A stretch of DNA of 64,000 bases. Origin: an uncultured Pseudomonadota bacterium (lineage in GTDB: Bacteria; Pseudomonadota; Alphaproteobacteria; UBA9219). Positions 39,388 through 48,345 of this stretch are shown here, in pieces. The position numbers were made by a program, and so were the translations under genes. The DNA lies in NCBI GenBank assembly GCA_903919315.1, contig CAIXHP010000032.1, positions 44,977 to 108,976 on the forward strand, in the 5' to 3' direction. Positions within the stretch are counted from its first letter, which is position 1. Every line of letters begins with the position of its first letter. The notes under the pieces are model-generated. The model was given only the letters and a program-made list of their open reading frames with translations, was not told the origin of the DNA and did no database searches.

Positions 39388-39695
39388 CTGCGCGTCCCCA
39401 TATTGGTATGATCGCGCACCAAGGCTTCGATGCGTTCCGAAGCGGAAAGCTGTGCGCCCAACTTTTCCTCAACGCGAGCAAGGCGCTGGCAAAGATCGGC
39501 GGTCGACGACGAATAACGATCGTCAAGCATTTCGCCGCGAAGCATGCGCCGATCAAGATCTTCCAGCTTAAACTGCGTGCGCTCTTCGAACCGCGCGGCC
39601 CAACTCACAAGCCCGACCGTTTGCAAAAAAACGGCCAATAAAAACGTAATGGGAATTTTTTTGTACCATGCTACTTTATCCCCATTATCAACCAT
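39384..39695 (-). CDS. Hypothetical protein with single TM and coiled coil
   Basis: GGAG RBS; IPITFLLAVFLQTVGLVSW..RLARVEEKL. Confidence 0.65.
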   Translation of the reverse strand: MVDNGDKVAWYKKIPITFLLAVFLQTVGLVSWAARFEERTQFKLEDLDRRMLRGEMLDDRYSSSTADLCQRLARVEEKLGAQLSASERIEALVRDHTNMGTRR

Positions 39696-39735
39696 TGCTA
39701 AACTCCCCCAGACGTTCTTGTGTAAAACGAATATT

Positions 39736-40032
39736 TTACGCGTTCAGTTGCGCGCGAAGGGCTTGAATTTTATCGTCGACAGACTTCACCCAAGCCTTGC
39801 CGCCGTCCGAAATCAGGGCTTCGCGCCGCCGCCTCTCCGTCACGGATTGCTCGAGCCACTCGATGCGAAGAAGAATAAGGTCGTCGGGCGCGATGCTGGT
39901 GACAACGCCTCCGCGTGAAAGAAAGGCAACATAGCCCTCATCGTCTTCACCGATGAACGCATCCTGTTGGCTCGAATAAATTTCTTCCTTGGCATCTTTG
40001 AGCTGCCAATACCAGTCGCCTTGATTATACAT
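39736..40032 (-). CDS. Tail-fibre-associated protein or chaperone
   Basis: Overlaps the tail fibre stop; DWYW..YSS motif. Confidence 0.6.
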   Translation of the reverse strand: MYNQGDWYWQLKDAKEEIYSSQQDAFIGEDDEGYVAFLSRGGVVTSIAPDDLILLRIEWLEQSVTERRRREALISDGGKAWVKSVDDKIQALRAQLNA

Positions 40033-41044
40033 ACAAACCTCCTGTCGCCGTCGTTCCTACTGCGTTCCCCGGCAGGTAAGACGCGCCGCCTCCGCTCGTG
40101 TTGATGACGCTGTTGACGCTGCTGCTGTACCGCGATCCTGTGGCCGCTCCCGAGAATGTATTCCCCGTCAATGACATGAATGCCAACGATGAGGCTTGAG
40201 CAAAACAAGACGAAAAGGCCGGCGTGCCCGTCAGCGTGACGGTCACGGCAGCGATTGTAATGGAGCCCATGCCGTTGGCCTGCGCGTGGATCGGAGCGTT
40301 GCCCGCGATGCTGTAATTGCCCGTCGCATAGACCTGTCCGTACTCTGTGCAGCTGAGGTGCTGCCCCGTGCAGGTGCCGAAGACGATATTGCTGAAGGAA
40401 ATAAATCCGCCGTAGGAAGCGGAAAGACCCGTATTTCCGGTTAACTTCATATCCTTCACAGTTATAGAGCACCCCACGGTAGCGTTAAAACACACGCCAG
40501 CCGCCTCGTTGACGATGACGTTAGCCGGCGTTGCGGTGTTTCCCTTCCAAACAACATTCCCATACCCGGAGCTTCCGACGGCGACACCGCCGCAAGTGAC
40601 ACCGGCATTGTACGTCCCATCAGCAAGCTGCACCGTGATCTGATAACCATTGAGGTCATACGCTTTTATGACAGACCAGGCCTTGGAGAGCGTAAGAAAC
40701 GGAGAGCCGACGGTTCCATCATTGCTATCATTGCCCGTTGTCGCAACGTACAAGATCATATTGGCGGTGAGTTTTGTCCGGACATTGACAAGCCTCAAAT
40801 AACGCCCATCACCGATGCCAGTAATAAGGCTACAAATGGAGTCATAGAGTTGCGTCAAACTCGCCGGATTAAGCGCGGAACCGACGGCTTCAACAACGTG
40901 TGCGATCTCTTCCTGCAACGTGTTAAACCATGAGGCGTTCAGCTGCGTTGCCGGAACGCCGGAGCCCGGATTTCCGTCCGTAAATCCGTCTTTGCCGGCG
41001 CCATAAAGATCGATGGATTTGGTCGACGTGTCGATGCGTTTCAT
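40025..41044 (-). CDS. Tail fibre protein
   Basis: Mu-like N-terminus (GFTDGNP..ATQLNASWFNTLQEEI); YVATTGNDSNDG..PFLT beta-helix-like C-terminus. Confidence 0.85.
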   Translation of the reverse strand: MKRIDTSTKSIDLYGAGKDGFTDGNPGSGVPATQLNASWFNTLQEEIAHVVEAVGSALNPASLTQLYDSICSLITGIGDGRYLRLVNVRTKLTANMILYVATTGNDSNDGTVGSPFLTLSKAWSVIKAYDLNGYQITVQLADGTYNAGVTCGGVAVGSSGYGNVVWKGNTATPANVIVNEAAGVCFNATVGCSITVKDMKLTGNTGLSASYGGFISFSNIVFGTCTGQHLSCTEYGQVYATGNYSIAGNAPIHAQANGMGSITIAAVTVTLTGTPAFSSCFAQASSLAFMSLTGNTFSGAATGSRYSSSVNSVINTSGGGASYLPGNAVGTTATGGLYV

Positions 41045-41047
41045 GTG

Positions 41048-41647
41048 TCAGGCTCCATAAGAAAAAAGAACGGTTGTGTGCGCAGGCCGCAGCTTGCGAA
41101 TTACGCATTCCAGAATGTCGTCGCCCCAGTCGCGCAGGCTATCGGTACAGGCTCCGTTGCAAGGCATAACGGCGATGCGGTCTATCGGCAGGCTAAGTGT
41201 CCATGTAAAGGGCCACCCGACGGATGCTGTGTTCAATGACGCGTTGCAGGACGATGCGCACGTCATGGGCGTATATTCGGTTACGCTGACATCTGTGTAG
41301 CCCAACATGACCGCGAGCGTGGCGAAGTACCCCGGACTTTGCCCGCCCAGTCCCGTCAGGCGCATCAGAAGAGCGTCACGGCGCGAAGCCACGCTGTTGC
41401 TGTAAAACGTCATCCAACAACGGTCAGGCAAACCGGCCACGCGCTCCCAATCGGACAGCGTTTCATAAGCGAGGCGCGGATCGGATTCATTCAAAAGATC
41501 ATCGCCGCTCGCATCCACGCGCGCCAGTTCCTGCGCAAGACCGTCAAGTAGCTTTGTCAGCGGCGCATCGTCGGCCCGGGGCCACGCCGGCCCCTGCGGC
41601 AACAACCCCTGCATCTGTTCACGATAATCGTTCGCGCTTAAAGCCAC
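41048..41647 (-). CDS. Mu gp48/YmfQ-like baseplate protein
   Basis: LLPQGPAW, WERVAGLPD, LECVI..PAHT. Confidence 0.9.
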   Translation of the reverse strand: MALSANDYREQMQGLLPQGPAWPRADDAPLTKLLDGLAQELARVDASGDDLLNESDPRLAYETLSDWERVAGLPDRCWMTFYSNSVASRRDALLMRLTGLGGQSPGYFATLAVMLGYTDVSVTEYTPMTCASSCNASLNTASVGWPFTWTLSLPIDRIAVMPCNGACTDSLRDWGDDILECVIRKLRPAHTTVLFSYGA

Positions 41648-42678
41648 GTGATGCTCCCAAAGGTCGCCATATGGCCGGTCGTCTGCGTCACGTTCGCCGA
41701 CGGACTGACAAGAACGTGATCGTATTCGTCCGAAGCCAAGGAAATCGCCTCGCGGATATGCGATATCAAGAGCGGCTCTCCGGGCTCAGATTCCTGCCGC
41801 AAAAGCGCGCGCAACGAGGATTCAATCGCCGCCTGCACCGCAGCCGTGCTTGGGCTAAGCGCCTGAATTTGGAAAACGATAGGCACGGCAATCGGCGCGG
41901 CAACCGTCACTTGTGACGTTACGGGACGTAGCGCGTTGATATGCGTCGCCACCGTCGCGACCTCGGACGAATCCGGTATCGGGCCGGCATCATCGTCGCG
42001 CACAAAGCGCACCGTGACCGTTCCGGGGCCTAATTCTTCGGGATAGCACCACGCGCGGGTTACGCCTTCGATCTGAAGAGCCCAGGCCTCGTAGTCGTAG
42101 GACGAACCGCCCTGCGGCGTTTTGCGTATACGCGTCAGTATCCGCGCGCGATAGACTTCATCGCTCTCGCGGTCGGCGCCGCCGGAAATCTCGTCCGCAT
42201 TCGCCGCCGTTTGCACACCGACAACCGGGCTAACCAGCGAAAGGGGCGCGCCGGACGCTAGATTGCCCGCCGCGCCCGCGTCAACAGCTTGCAGAGAGAC
42301 GACAAGGCTCGCGCCTGCGGCCGTCGCCTCTACCGTCGTTTCGTACTGCGCGTTATTCGAATCGCGTAAAAGCGTTCCCGCAGGCACTGTTGTTCCGGGG
42401 GTCACCGCCAGCGTGGCCGCTCCCGTCGCGCGGGCTGCGGGTTTGCGAACAATGCCCCACAAACTGCCGTGGCGATCAAGATAATCCGTCGCGGTATCCG
42501 GAAAAAGCTGCAACGCCAGATAGTCAAGATAGCCGTAAAGCCCATGAACGGCTCCCGCCTCGGCGCGCGCCAGAACTTCAGCGTCCGAATGGCGCAAAAC
42601 ATCGTCCGTCGTCAGGCGCGTGAGGACATCGGCGCGGGTGCGCGTAACCAGCGTGTCGAGCGAAGGGCGGTCAAACAT
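41638..42678 (-). CDS. Baseplate J / Mu gp47
   Basis: QLFPDTA, GAAGN, GGADRESD, GGSSYDYEAWA. Confidence 0.92.
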   Translation of the reverse strand: MFDRPSLDTLVTRTRADVLTRLTTDDVLRHSDAEVLARAEAGAVHGLYGYLDYLALQLFPDTATDYLDRHGSLWGIVRKPAARATGAATLAVTPGTTVPAGTLLRDSNNAQYETTVEATAAGASLVVSLQAVDAGAAGNLASGAPLSLVSPVVGVQTAANADEISGGADRESDEVYRARILTRIRKTPQGGSSYDYEAWALQIEGVTRAWCYPEELGPGTVTVRFVRDDDAGPIPDSSEVATVATHINALRPVTSQVTVAAPIAVPIVFQIQALSPSTAAVQAAIESSLRALLRQESEPGEPLLISHIREAISLASDEYDHVLVSPSANVTQTTGHMATFGSITWL

Positions 42679-43108
42679 GCAAATGGCTCCACAAATCGGT
42701 AAATCGTAGATCGAGTTTCGATCCGTCCTCGCGTGTCAAAACGATCATGAGTTCAAGGCGGTCTATGCCGTTGCGCTCCGCCGTCACGTTGACGGCGCTG
42801 ACAACGCCGTCGTCGATCAGCCATTGCAAAGACTCCGTCGCGTAATCCTTGGCGCGGGCGAACGTCTCTTTCGTCATTTTCTCGCGCGCCAGAAGCCACA
42901 GGCGCGAACCTATGCGGCTTCCCTTCTGCTCGGCATAGGTGTCACCCCACCAACCGAAGCGCGGTTCACCCGGCAGCGTATCGCCGGGCAGTCCGCGCCG
43001 CCACGTGAACAGGCTGATCATGACCGAACGTACCAAGGTGTCGACTGGAGTCATGTCGGCATTGACGAGCCGCCCATCGATGATGACCTGCGCGTCGTTC
43101 CCCAACAT
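42671..43108 (-). CDS. Mu gp46-like baseplate protein
   Basis: ISLFTWRR, GWWGD, GSRLWLL.REK, LQWLIDDG. Confidence 0.92.
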   Translation of the reverse strand: MLGNDAQVIIDGRLVNADMTPVDTLVRSVMISLFTWRRGLPGDTLPGEPRFGWWGDTYAEQKGSRIGSRLWLLAREKMTKETFARAKDYATESLQWLIDDGVVSAVNVTAERNGIDRLELMIVLTREDGSKLDLRFTDLWSHLHV

Positions 43109-43117
43109 TATTCGGCC

Positions 43118-43582
43118 TCATAGATCGCAATGCGCTTGGATGTCGCCCGTCACTTCAAGCAACGGCGTTTCGAACCTGACGATGGGCGCGTTCGTAATTT
43201 TGAGCGTGTGCCCGCCTCCGTCAATCTCGATACCTGTCCGCCCCAATTTCACGACGTGGTCAAGGTCATCGTAGAGCGCGACCTCGCCAGCTTGCAGTCC
43301 TTTGAGCCGATAGCGCCGGTCGGGGGTTGCCAGAACGATGCCGTGGCTACGATCGCCTCCGAGAAACAGCACAATGGCCTCAGCTCCAGCATGAGGATGC
43401 GCCGTAAAGCCATACGGTTCAAAGTGTTCAAGTCCGTCCTTAACCTCGCCAGCAAGCAATCGGACTTGAAGTCCCTGCATGCGAAGCGCTGCGTTAATGA
43501 CGCTCACAACGCCGCGCGATGCCATGTTCGCGATGCGCCGTGACAGCGGTGCCAAGGCCCTTGATAATGGACGGTCAGACAT
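43118..43582 (-). CDS. Baseplate spike, Mu gp45 / gpV
   Basis: EHFEPYGF, GGDRSHG, DRRYR..GEVALYD. Confidence 0.9.
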   Translation of the reverse strand: MSDRPLSRALAPLSRRIANMASRGVVSVINAALRMQGLQVRLLAGEVKDGLEHFEPYGFTAHPHAGAEAIVLFLGGDRSHGIVLATPDRRYRLKGLQAGEVALYDDLDHVVKLGRTGIEIDGGGHTLKITNAPIVRFETPLLEVTGDIQAHCDL

Positions 43583-44633
43583 ATTTCTTCTTTTTCGTTT
43601 TGCGTCGGCGCTCGACACCGAGATGCGCTTCGGGCGGCATGACGGCGAGCGTTGCGAGCGTGCCGGATTGATCGAGGGTGTAGGTGACTTCCGTAATCAG
43701 CATCGCGAGGTCAAGCCCCAAGAGAGCATCCGTGACGCGCACAATCATATTCGGCTGCCATAAGGAGCCGTCAGCCTGACGCCAGCCCTGAACCGTGTAC
43801 GTTACGGCTTGCGAACGGGCGGCGCGCAGATCGCGCTCATAAGCCGCGCGATCGTCGCAAGAAATGGTGTCGGCTTGTCCGGATTGCTGGACGATTAAAA
43901 GACGGTGCCGCGTCACGGCCGTATCCGTAGCCGTGCCCTCAGCCTCCGAGACATCCGCGCCGAAGGCATCGTCCGTCCCGCTCCCCTGCCCTTTGCAGGT
44001 ATAGGTCGAATAGCGGTCTTTCCAATCATTCGGATAATCCGCCGTTAGAATATTTTGCCCCAACACAAGCGCCGTTGTGGCGCTGCGCGTGCCGGGTTTA
44101 ATGAAAACAAGAGCGCCGTCGGAATCGTCCGTGGCCAACAATTGGCGTTGTTTTAGCAACCGATCGATGCTTTCAAACGCCGTTTCGCCCTGTTGCACCT
44201 GATGATCGGAAATCGTCGCGCCGGTATCCGCTTCCGAGCGCACGGAAATGCCATAAGGCGCGGCAAGAGCTGAGGCAATCTGTTCGACGCTTTGCCCCAG
44301 CCATTGCCCCGGCGACGAAGGGGCGCTGCAATCGATAAGATCAGCCGTTTTGCTGCGCCCGGATAGGCCAAGCGTAATCCGCCCCGAATCGTATTGAACC
44401 GGAACCGCGTCGATGTACCCCGTAAGGATGCGATCATCGCCGATCATCAGCACGCAAGAATCTCCGGGACGGCAGTTGTGCTGCATCCCTTCATCGCCGG
44501 GCCATTGCCGTGTAATGTCAAACCTGAAGTCCCGCGCGGCGCGTTCGATGCCCGCCGTAACGCTCACGCGCGTCCAGCCTTGATAAACCGTCCCCGCGAC
44601 GCGTAAGGACACGATGTTCGAAGGCGCTATCAT
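43575..44633 (-). CDS. Baseplate hub, Mu gp44/gpP
   Basis: TGYID, GRSKTADLIDCS, VQGWRQ.DG.LW.PN. Confidence 0.9.
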   Translation of the reverse strand: MIAPSNIVSLRVAGTVYQGWTRVSVTAGIERAARDFRFDITRQWPGDEGMQHNCRPGDSCVLMIGDDRILTGYIDAVPVQYDSGRITLGLSGRSKTADLIDCSAPSSPGQWLGQSVEQIASALAAPYGISVRSEADTGATISDHQVQQGETAFESIDRLLKQRQLLATDDSDGALVFIKPGTRSATTALVLGQNILTADYPNDWKDRYSTYTCKGQGSGTDDAFGADVSEAEGTATDTAVTRHRLLIVQQSGQADTISCDDRAAYERDLRAARSQAVTYTVQGWRQADGSLWQPNMIVRVTDALLGLDLAMLITEVTYTLDQSGTLATLAVMPPEAHLGVERRRKTKKKKYV

Positions 44634-45832
44634 GTGTTCAACACCAACAACGGCTCTGCCGGAACGAAGCCCGGATGACGGATGGCGTTGCGCGTCACAA
44701 TTTCATCGTCACGTCCCGCATTTTCATACAAATCATAGGCCAGCGCGACCGCTGGCGTTGTTTCTCCCGGAGTCATCGTCTTGAGCCGAGCGGCGTTTTT
44801 TGCGCGAAGCGTCAAATCCGTGTGTAAAGCCGAACGAAGATCCGCCCAGGCTTGATAAACATCATCCGACGCGGAGAGGCTCATTTCGGCGTCGATCGCT
44901 CTTGTCAATGCGGCGCGCGCGTTCATCGCGTCCTGATAAACCGTCACGTCCGTTTGGCTCGCGGCAAACGCGCCTTGGGTCAAAAAGCCGCCGCGCACAA
45001 GATCGCGGAGCGCGGCGGCATTTTGAGCCGCTTGCGTGCTCACAGGATCGACCGCCGATGATACAACTGGGGAGGCCAGCGCGGCATTGTATGATGCCGC
45101 CCAGCGCGTGATCGGGCCAAGAGCGTCGCCTTTGCTGCCAATTTTTGCTACCGTTGAAGTTTCCGGCGGCGTTAAAGCGGCGGAAACCGTGCTGGCGAGC
45201 GCCATCGAATTGTTTGTCTGCGTCGAAGCCACGGACGCTTTCTCATCGAACTGCGCAAGCCACGATCCGCCCGTGTCCGCCTGCGCGACGAGCCCGCGCG
45301 CCTCAGACAACACATTGCTGACATCGTCGCCAGCCACGCGCCGCGCCCAATCCGGCAGATTTTTCAATGAATAGCGGCTTGTGAACAAACCGGAGAGCTT
45401 GCTCATCACGTTCGCCGAAGCGGATTCAATTTTCTGTCCCGTGGCGATTGAGGACGAGGGGAAAACAAGCTTGCCCGCTTCGACAAAAGCCAGATCAAAC
45501 CGCGCCATGCCGCCTTCGTCCCGGCTTTGCGCGACGCGGCAGCGCGTTATGACGACCTGTAGCGTTCCATAAAAGGGATGGATCAGTTCCCCGGCCCCTG
45601 CCTTTTCCACCGCCGCCAGTAACGCGTCATGCGCGAGCATATAATTTTCGCCGATGACGAAGGCCGAAAACGTCATTTCCCGCGCCGCGCGGCCCATGTC
45701 TTCGGGATAAGGATCGTCACGCTGCGGATATTCATGCACGACGACGCGGCGGCCCGCCGACAGGTCAACGCTTTCCACCTCAAACGGGACACCGCGAAAC
45801 GTAGCGGCACGTAAGGTTTCACGCCAACTCAT
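44630..45832 (-). CDS. DNA circularization protein, Mu gp43/N-like
   Basis: ATFRGVPF, GRR..HEYP.RD..EDMG, G.LIHP, IRHPGFVP. Confidence 0.9.
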   Translation of the reverse strand: MSWRETLRAATFRGVPFEVESVDLSAGRRVVVHEYPQRDDPYPEDMGRAAREMTFSAFVIGENYMLAHDALLAAVEKAGAGELIHPFYGTLQVVITRCRVAQSRDEGGMARFDLAFVEAGKLVFPSSSIATGQKIESASANVMSKLSGLFTSRYSLKNLPDWARRVAGDDVSNVLSEARGLVAQADTGGSWLAQFDEKASVASTQTNNSMALASTVSAALTPPETSTVAKIGSKGDALGPITRWAASYNAALASPVVSSAVDPVSTQAAQNAAALRDLVRGGFLTQGAFAASQTDVTVYQDAMNARAALTRAIDAEMSLSASDDVYQAWADLRSALHTDLTLRAKNAARLKTMTPGETTPAVALAYDLYENAGRDDEIVTRNAIRHPGFVPAEPLLVLNT

Positions 45833-47541
45833 CAGGGCGTTCCCAGAGCAAACGAACTGTACCCGACATCGGGATTAAGCGCGACGCCGGATTGATTGGT
45901 GCCTGAATTCGAAACACGCATTCCTTGCGGCGCATTATCGAAACGCACAGCAATAGCCCCGTTAAGACGCTGGCCGCGTGAGGTCATGGAAGGCAGCGAC
46001 GGCGAAGCGGCTTGCGTCGATGAGGCCTGTGAAGCGCCGCCGCCAAGGAGGCCACCTGCTTTTTGCCCGATCCATCGCATGCCGGATAACAGAGGCTCGA
46101 TAAAGGCCATCATTTCCGAAAGGATGTATTTGATACCCTTCCAACCATCGACAAAGAAGGATGTAATTCCGTCCCAAAGATTTTTGAAGAAACCGGAAAT
46201 CGGCTCCCAATAGGCAATAACAAGACCGGCTCCAAGAACCAGACCACGAATAGCCAAACCGATAATGCTCATCCCCATAACGGCAGTCATGACGGCAAGC
46301 GCGCCGGCCACGCCAAGCGCGGCCAGTTTAATCGCGACAAAGCCCGTGGCTATGTACAAAATAGCGCGAATCAACTCGGGGTTGTTGCGCGAGAATTCCT
46401 GCCCCCACGCCGAAAGTGCCCCCAACCTTTCGACAAGCATTTTTATTTGCGGCGAAAACGCTTCGCCGATCGATGCCATAAGATTTTGCGCATTGCCAAT
46501 TGCCGCGTCGAAGAGACTTTTAAGCGTACCAAGCTGCTGTTCGACGCGCATTTGCAGACTGGCTTGCGCTTCCAGCTTTTGCTTCATCGCGTCGTAGCCC
46601 GCCATGCCGTTGCTGATCATGAGCTGGACGATTTGAAGGGTCTCGGCGTCGTCGCCAAAAAGTTTTTTAAGGATCGGCACACGCTCAGCCGTCGTCAGGT
46701 CACGAAGCTTCTGCAGCTGCGTGAACATTTTTTCAACGCCGCCAAATTCGCCTTTCCCGTTCGTAAAGTCGAGCGCGACGCCCTTTCCGGACAAAACTTT
46801 ATTGACCGACGCTAGCTTCTTCGCGTCGAAAAAGGCCGTGAACATCTTACGATAAGCGTTGCCGGCGCTTTCGCCTTGCATGCCTGTGCGGATCGCCATC
46901 GCCAACAGCGGCGCCATGGCTTGCCCGGCCGCAAGCCCTTTGATCCGCATCATGTCTAGCGCGGGCGTAAGCTTGGAAAAGCCCTGCAGCATGTCGTCGC
47001 TGCGCACGCCGAGGTTCGCCGTGCGTTGAATGACATCCATCAGCGCCATCATGTCCTGCGCGGTCGTGCCCGTGGCCGTGCGCATCTTTGCCGCGAATTC
47101 AGCCGCCTGTTCCGGAGCAAGCTTGAGTTGAACGCCAAGATAAGCCGCAGCTTGGCCAAGGCCTGACAGAATTTCCTGCGGCGCGATGCCTTGCTGAACG
47201 AGCGCCGTCATCATGTTCTGAAAATCCGCCGTGTTGCCCGGCAAACGATTGCCGAGTTCCATGGCGAGATCGTTGATCTTGGCAAATTCCGGCGCTACCG
47301 CACCGGTCATGCCCATCATGGCACCCTTGAGGCGAACGCCGGCATCTTCGAAGTCCGCAAAGGCTTTTGACGTCAACCCAACCGCCGCCCCCAACCCCAC
47401 GGCCATAGGCACAGCCCCGTCGCCGAACGACTTGATAGAACGCCTAAAACTGGAAATGTTTCTTTTGATCTGATTCAGCGCCGGCGACAGCTTATCGATA
47501 GCCGTGATGAGGGCTTTCAACTGAAACTGTTGCTGCGCCAT
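45832..47541 (-). CDS. Tail tape measure protein
   Basis: LGNRLPG.TADF, helical Ala-rich, aromatic repeats; position. Confidence 0.9.
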   Translation of the reverse strand: MAQQQFQLKALITAIDKLSPALNQIKRNISSFRRSIKSFGDGAVPMAVGLGAAVGLTSKAFADFEDAGVRLKGAMMGMTGAVAPEFAKINDLAMELGNRLPGNTADFQNMMTALVQQGIAPQEILSGLGQAAAYLGVQLKLAPEQAAEFAAKMRTATGTTAQDMMALMDVIQRTANLGVRSDDMLQGFSKLTPALDMMRIKGLAAGQAMAPLLAMAIRTGMQGESAGNAYRKMFTAFFDAKKLASVNKVLSGKGVALDFTNGKGEFGGVEKMFTQLQKLRDLTTAERVPILKKLFGDDAETLQIVQLMISNGMAGYDAMKQKLEAQASLQMRVEQQLGTLKSLFDAAIGNAQNLMASIGEAFSPQIKMLVERLGALSAWGQEFSRNNPELIRAILYIATGFVAIKLAALGVAGALAVMTAVMGMSIIGLAIRGLVLGAGLVIAYWEPISGFFKNLWDGITSFFVDGWKGIKYILSEMMAFIEPLLSGMRWIGQKAGGLLGGGASQASSTQAASPSLPSMTSRGQRLNGAIAVRFDNAPQGMRVSNSGTNQSGVALNPDVGYSSFALGTP

Positions 47542-47542
47542 G

Positions 47543-47710
47543 TCAGGTTTCTTTCATGCTTTTGGCGATGCGAAGCGCCTGCTGTTCAAAATCAAGCGCT
47601 TCCGCAAGGGGTATGTTCAAAACAACATCGGGCGCAAGCCGCCAGAAATAGGCGATGTCGAAAAGGCGGTCGACTAGTTTTTCGGGCTCGCCGCCGAGCC
47701 CAGAAAAAAA
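47543..47710 (-). CDS. -1 frameshift extension of the tail assembly chaperone (GpE'-like)
   Basis: T-TTT-TTT at 47704-47710; -1 frame FSGLGGEPEKLVDRLFDIAYFWR...MKET ends next to the tape measure start. Confidence 0.65.
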   Translation of the reverse strand, partial: FFSGLGGEPEKLVDRLFDIAYFWRLAPDVVLNIPLAEALDFEQQALRIAKSMKET

Positions 47711-47967
47711 CCTGCGACGGCCCATGCAGCCGCGTTCAGATCAACCGGGTCCATTTGATCGACAGAGGAACGCGGAATGGCGGCAAGGCGCTCAATGTAC
47801 CGGGCAATCACGTCGGCTTGCAGCGAGACGGATTCATCGGCGCTGATTTTGTACGGATAACCAAGCTCCCGCACGTCCTTTCCTGTTGGGCGGCGCAAGG
47901 TGAGACTTTCAACCGTCTCATCGTGCGCCTTAATCGGTTGCGTTAAGGCAATCATGGGATCGCTCAT
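47674..47967 (-). CDS. Tail assembly chaperone, Mu gp41-like
   Basis: LTQPIKAH, LRRPTGKD, IPRSSVDQM..D; between tube and tape measure. Confidence 0.85.
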   Translation of the reverse strand: MSDPMIALTQPIKAHDETVESLTLRRPTGKDVRELGYPYKISADESVSLQADVIARYIERLAAIPRSSVDQMDPVDLNAAAWAVAGFFLGSAASPKN

Positions 47968-48320
47968 TGGAACTCTCCACGCATGCCGCCAAAGTTCAGC
48001 TCGACCTCGCCCTCATCGGCCTTAATCGCCGGCGCGTCGGTCAAATAGGCCCCCGCGAGCGTGTAAATCTTCCCGTTTGCCAGCTCAGCGGTGACGGTCA
48101 TATTTGTCCCGTTTTTAAGCGTGTCCAAGGGAAACCCCGGAACGAACACAGCCGTCAATTTGACATAAGCCGCTTCCGCTGTTTCCTTGTAGCCTGCCGC
48201 TCCGGTAAGGCCCATAACGGTTTCCCGTTTGATGTCCGAAAGCGGAACTTCGACCGATCCCTTGACTTCAAGCTGATCGCCGTCGACCTTGATATAGCAT
48301 ACACCTGCAACGCGTGGCAT
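47964..48320 (-). CDS. Tail tube protein (Mu gpM-like)
   Basis: AGVCYIKVDG, TAELANGK; follows sheath. Confidence 0.88.
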   Translation of the reverse strand: MPRVAGVCYIKVDGDQLEVKGSVEVPLSDIKRETVMGLTGAAGYKETAEAAYVKLTAVFVPGFPLDTLKNGTNMTVTAELANGKIYTLAGAYLTDAPAIKADEGEVELNFGGMRGEFQ

Positions 48321-48345
48321 CGTCGGTCTCCTTTATGATAGGGGG

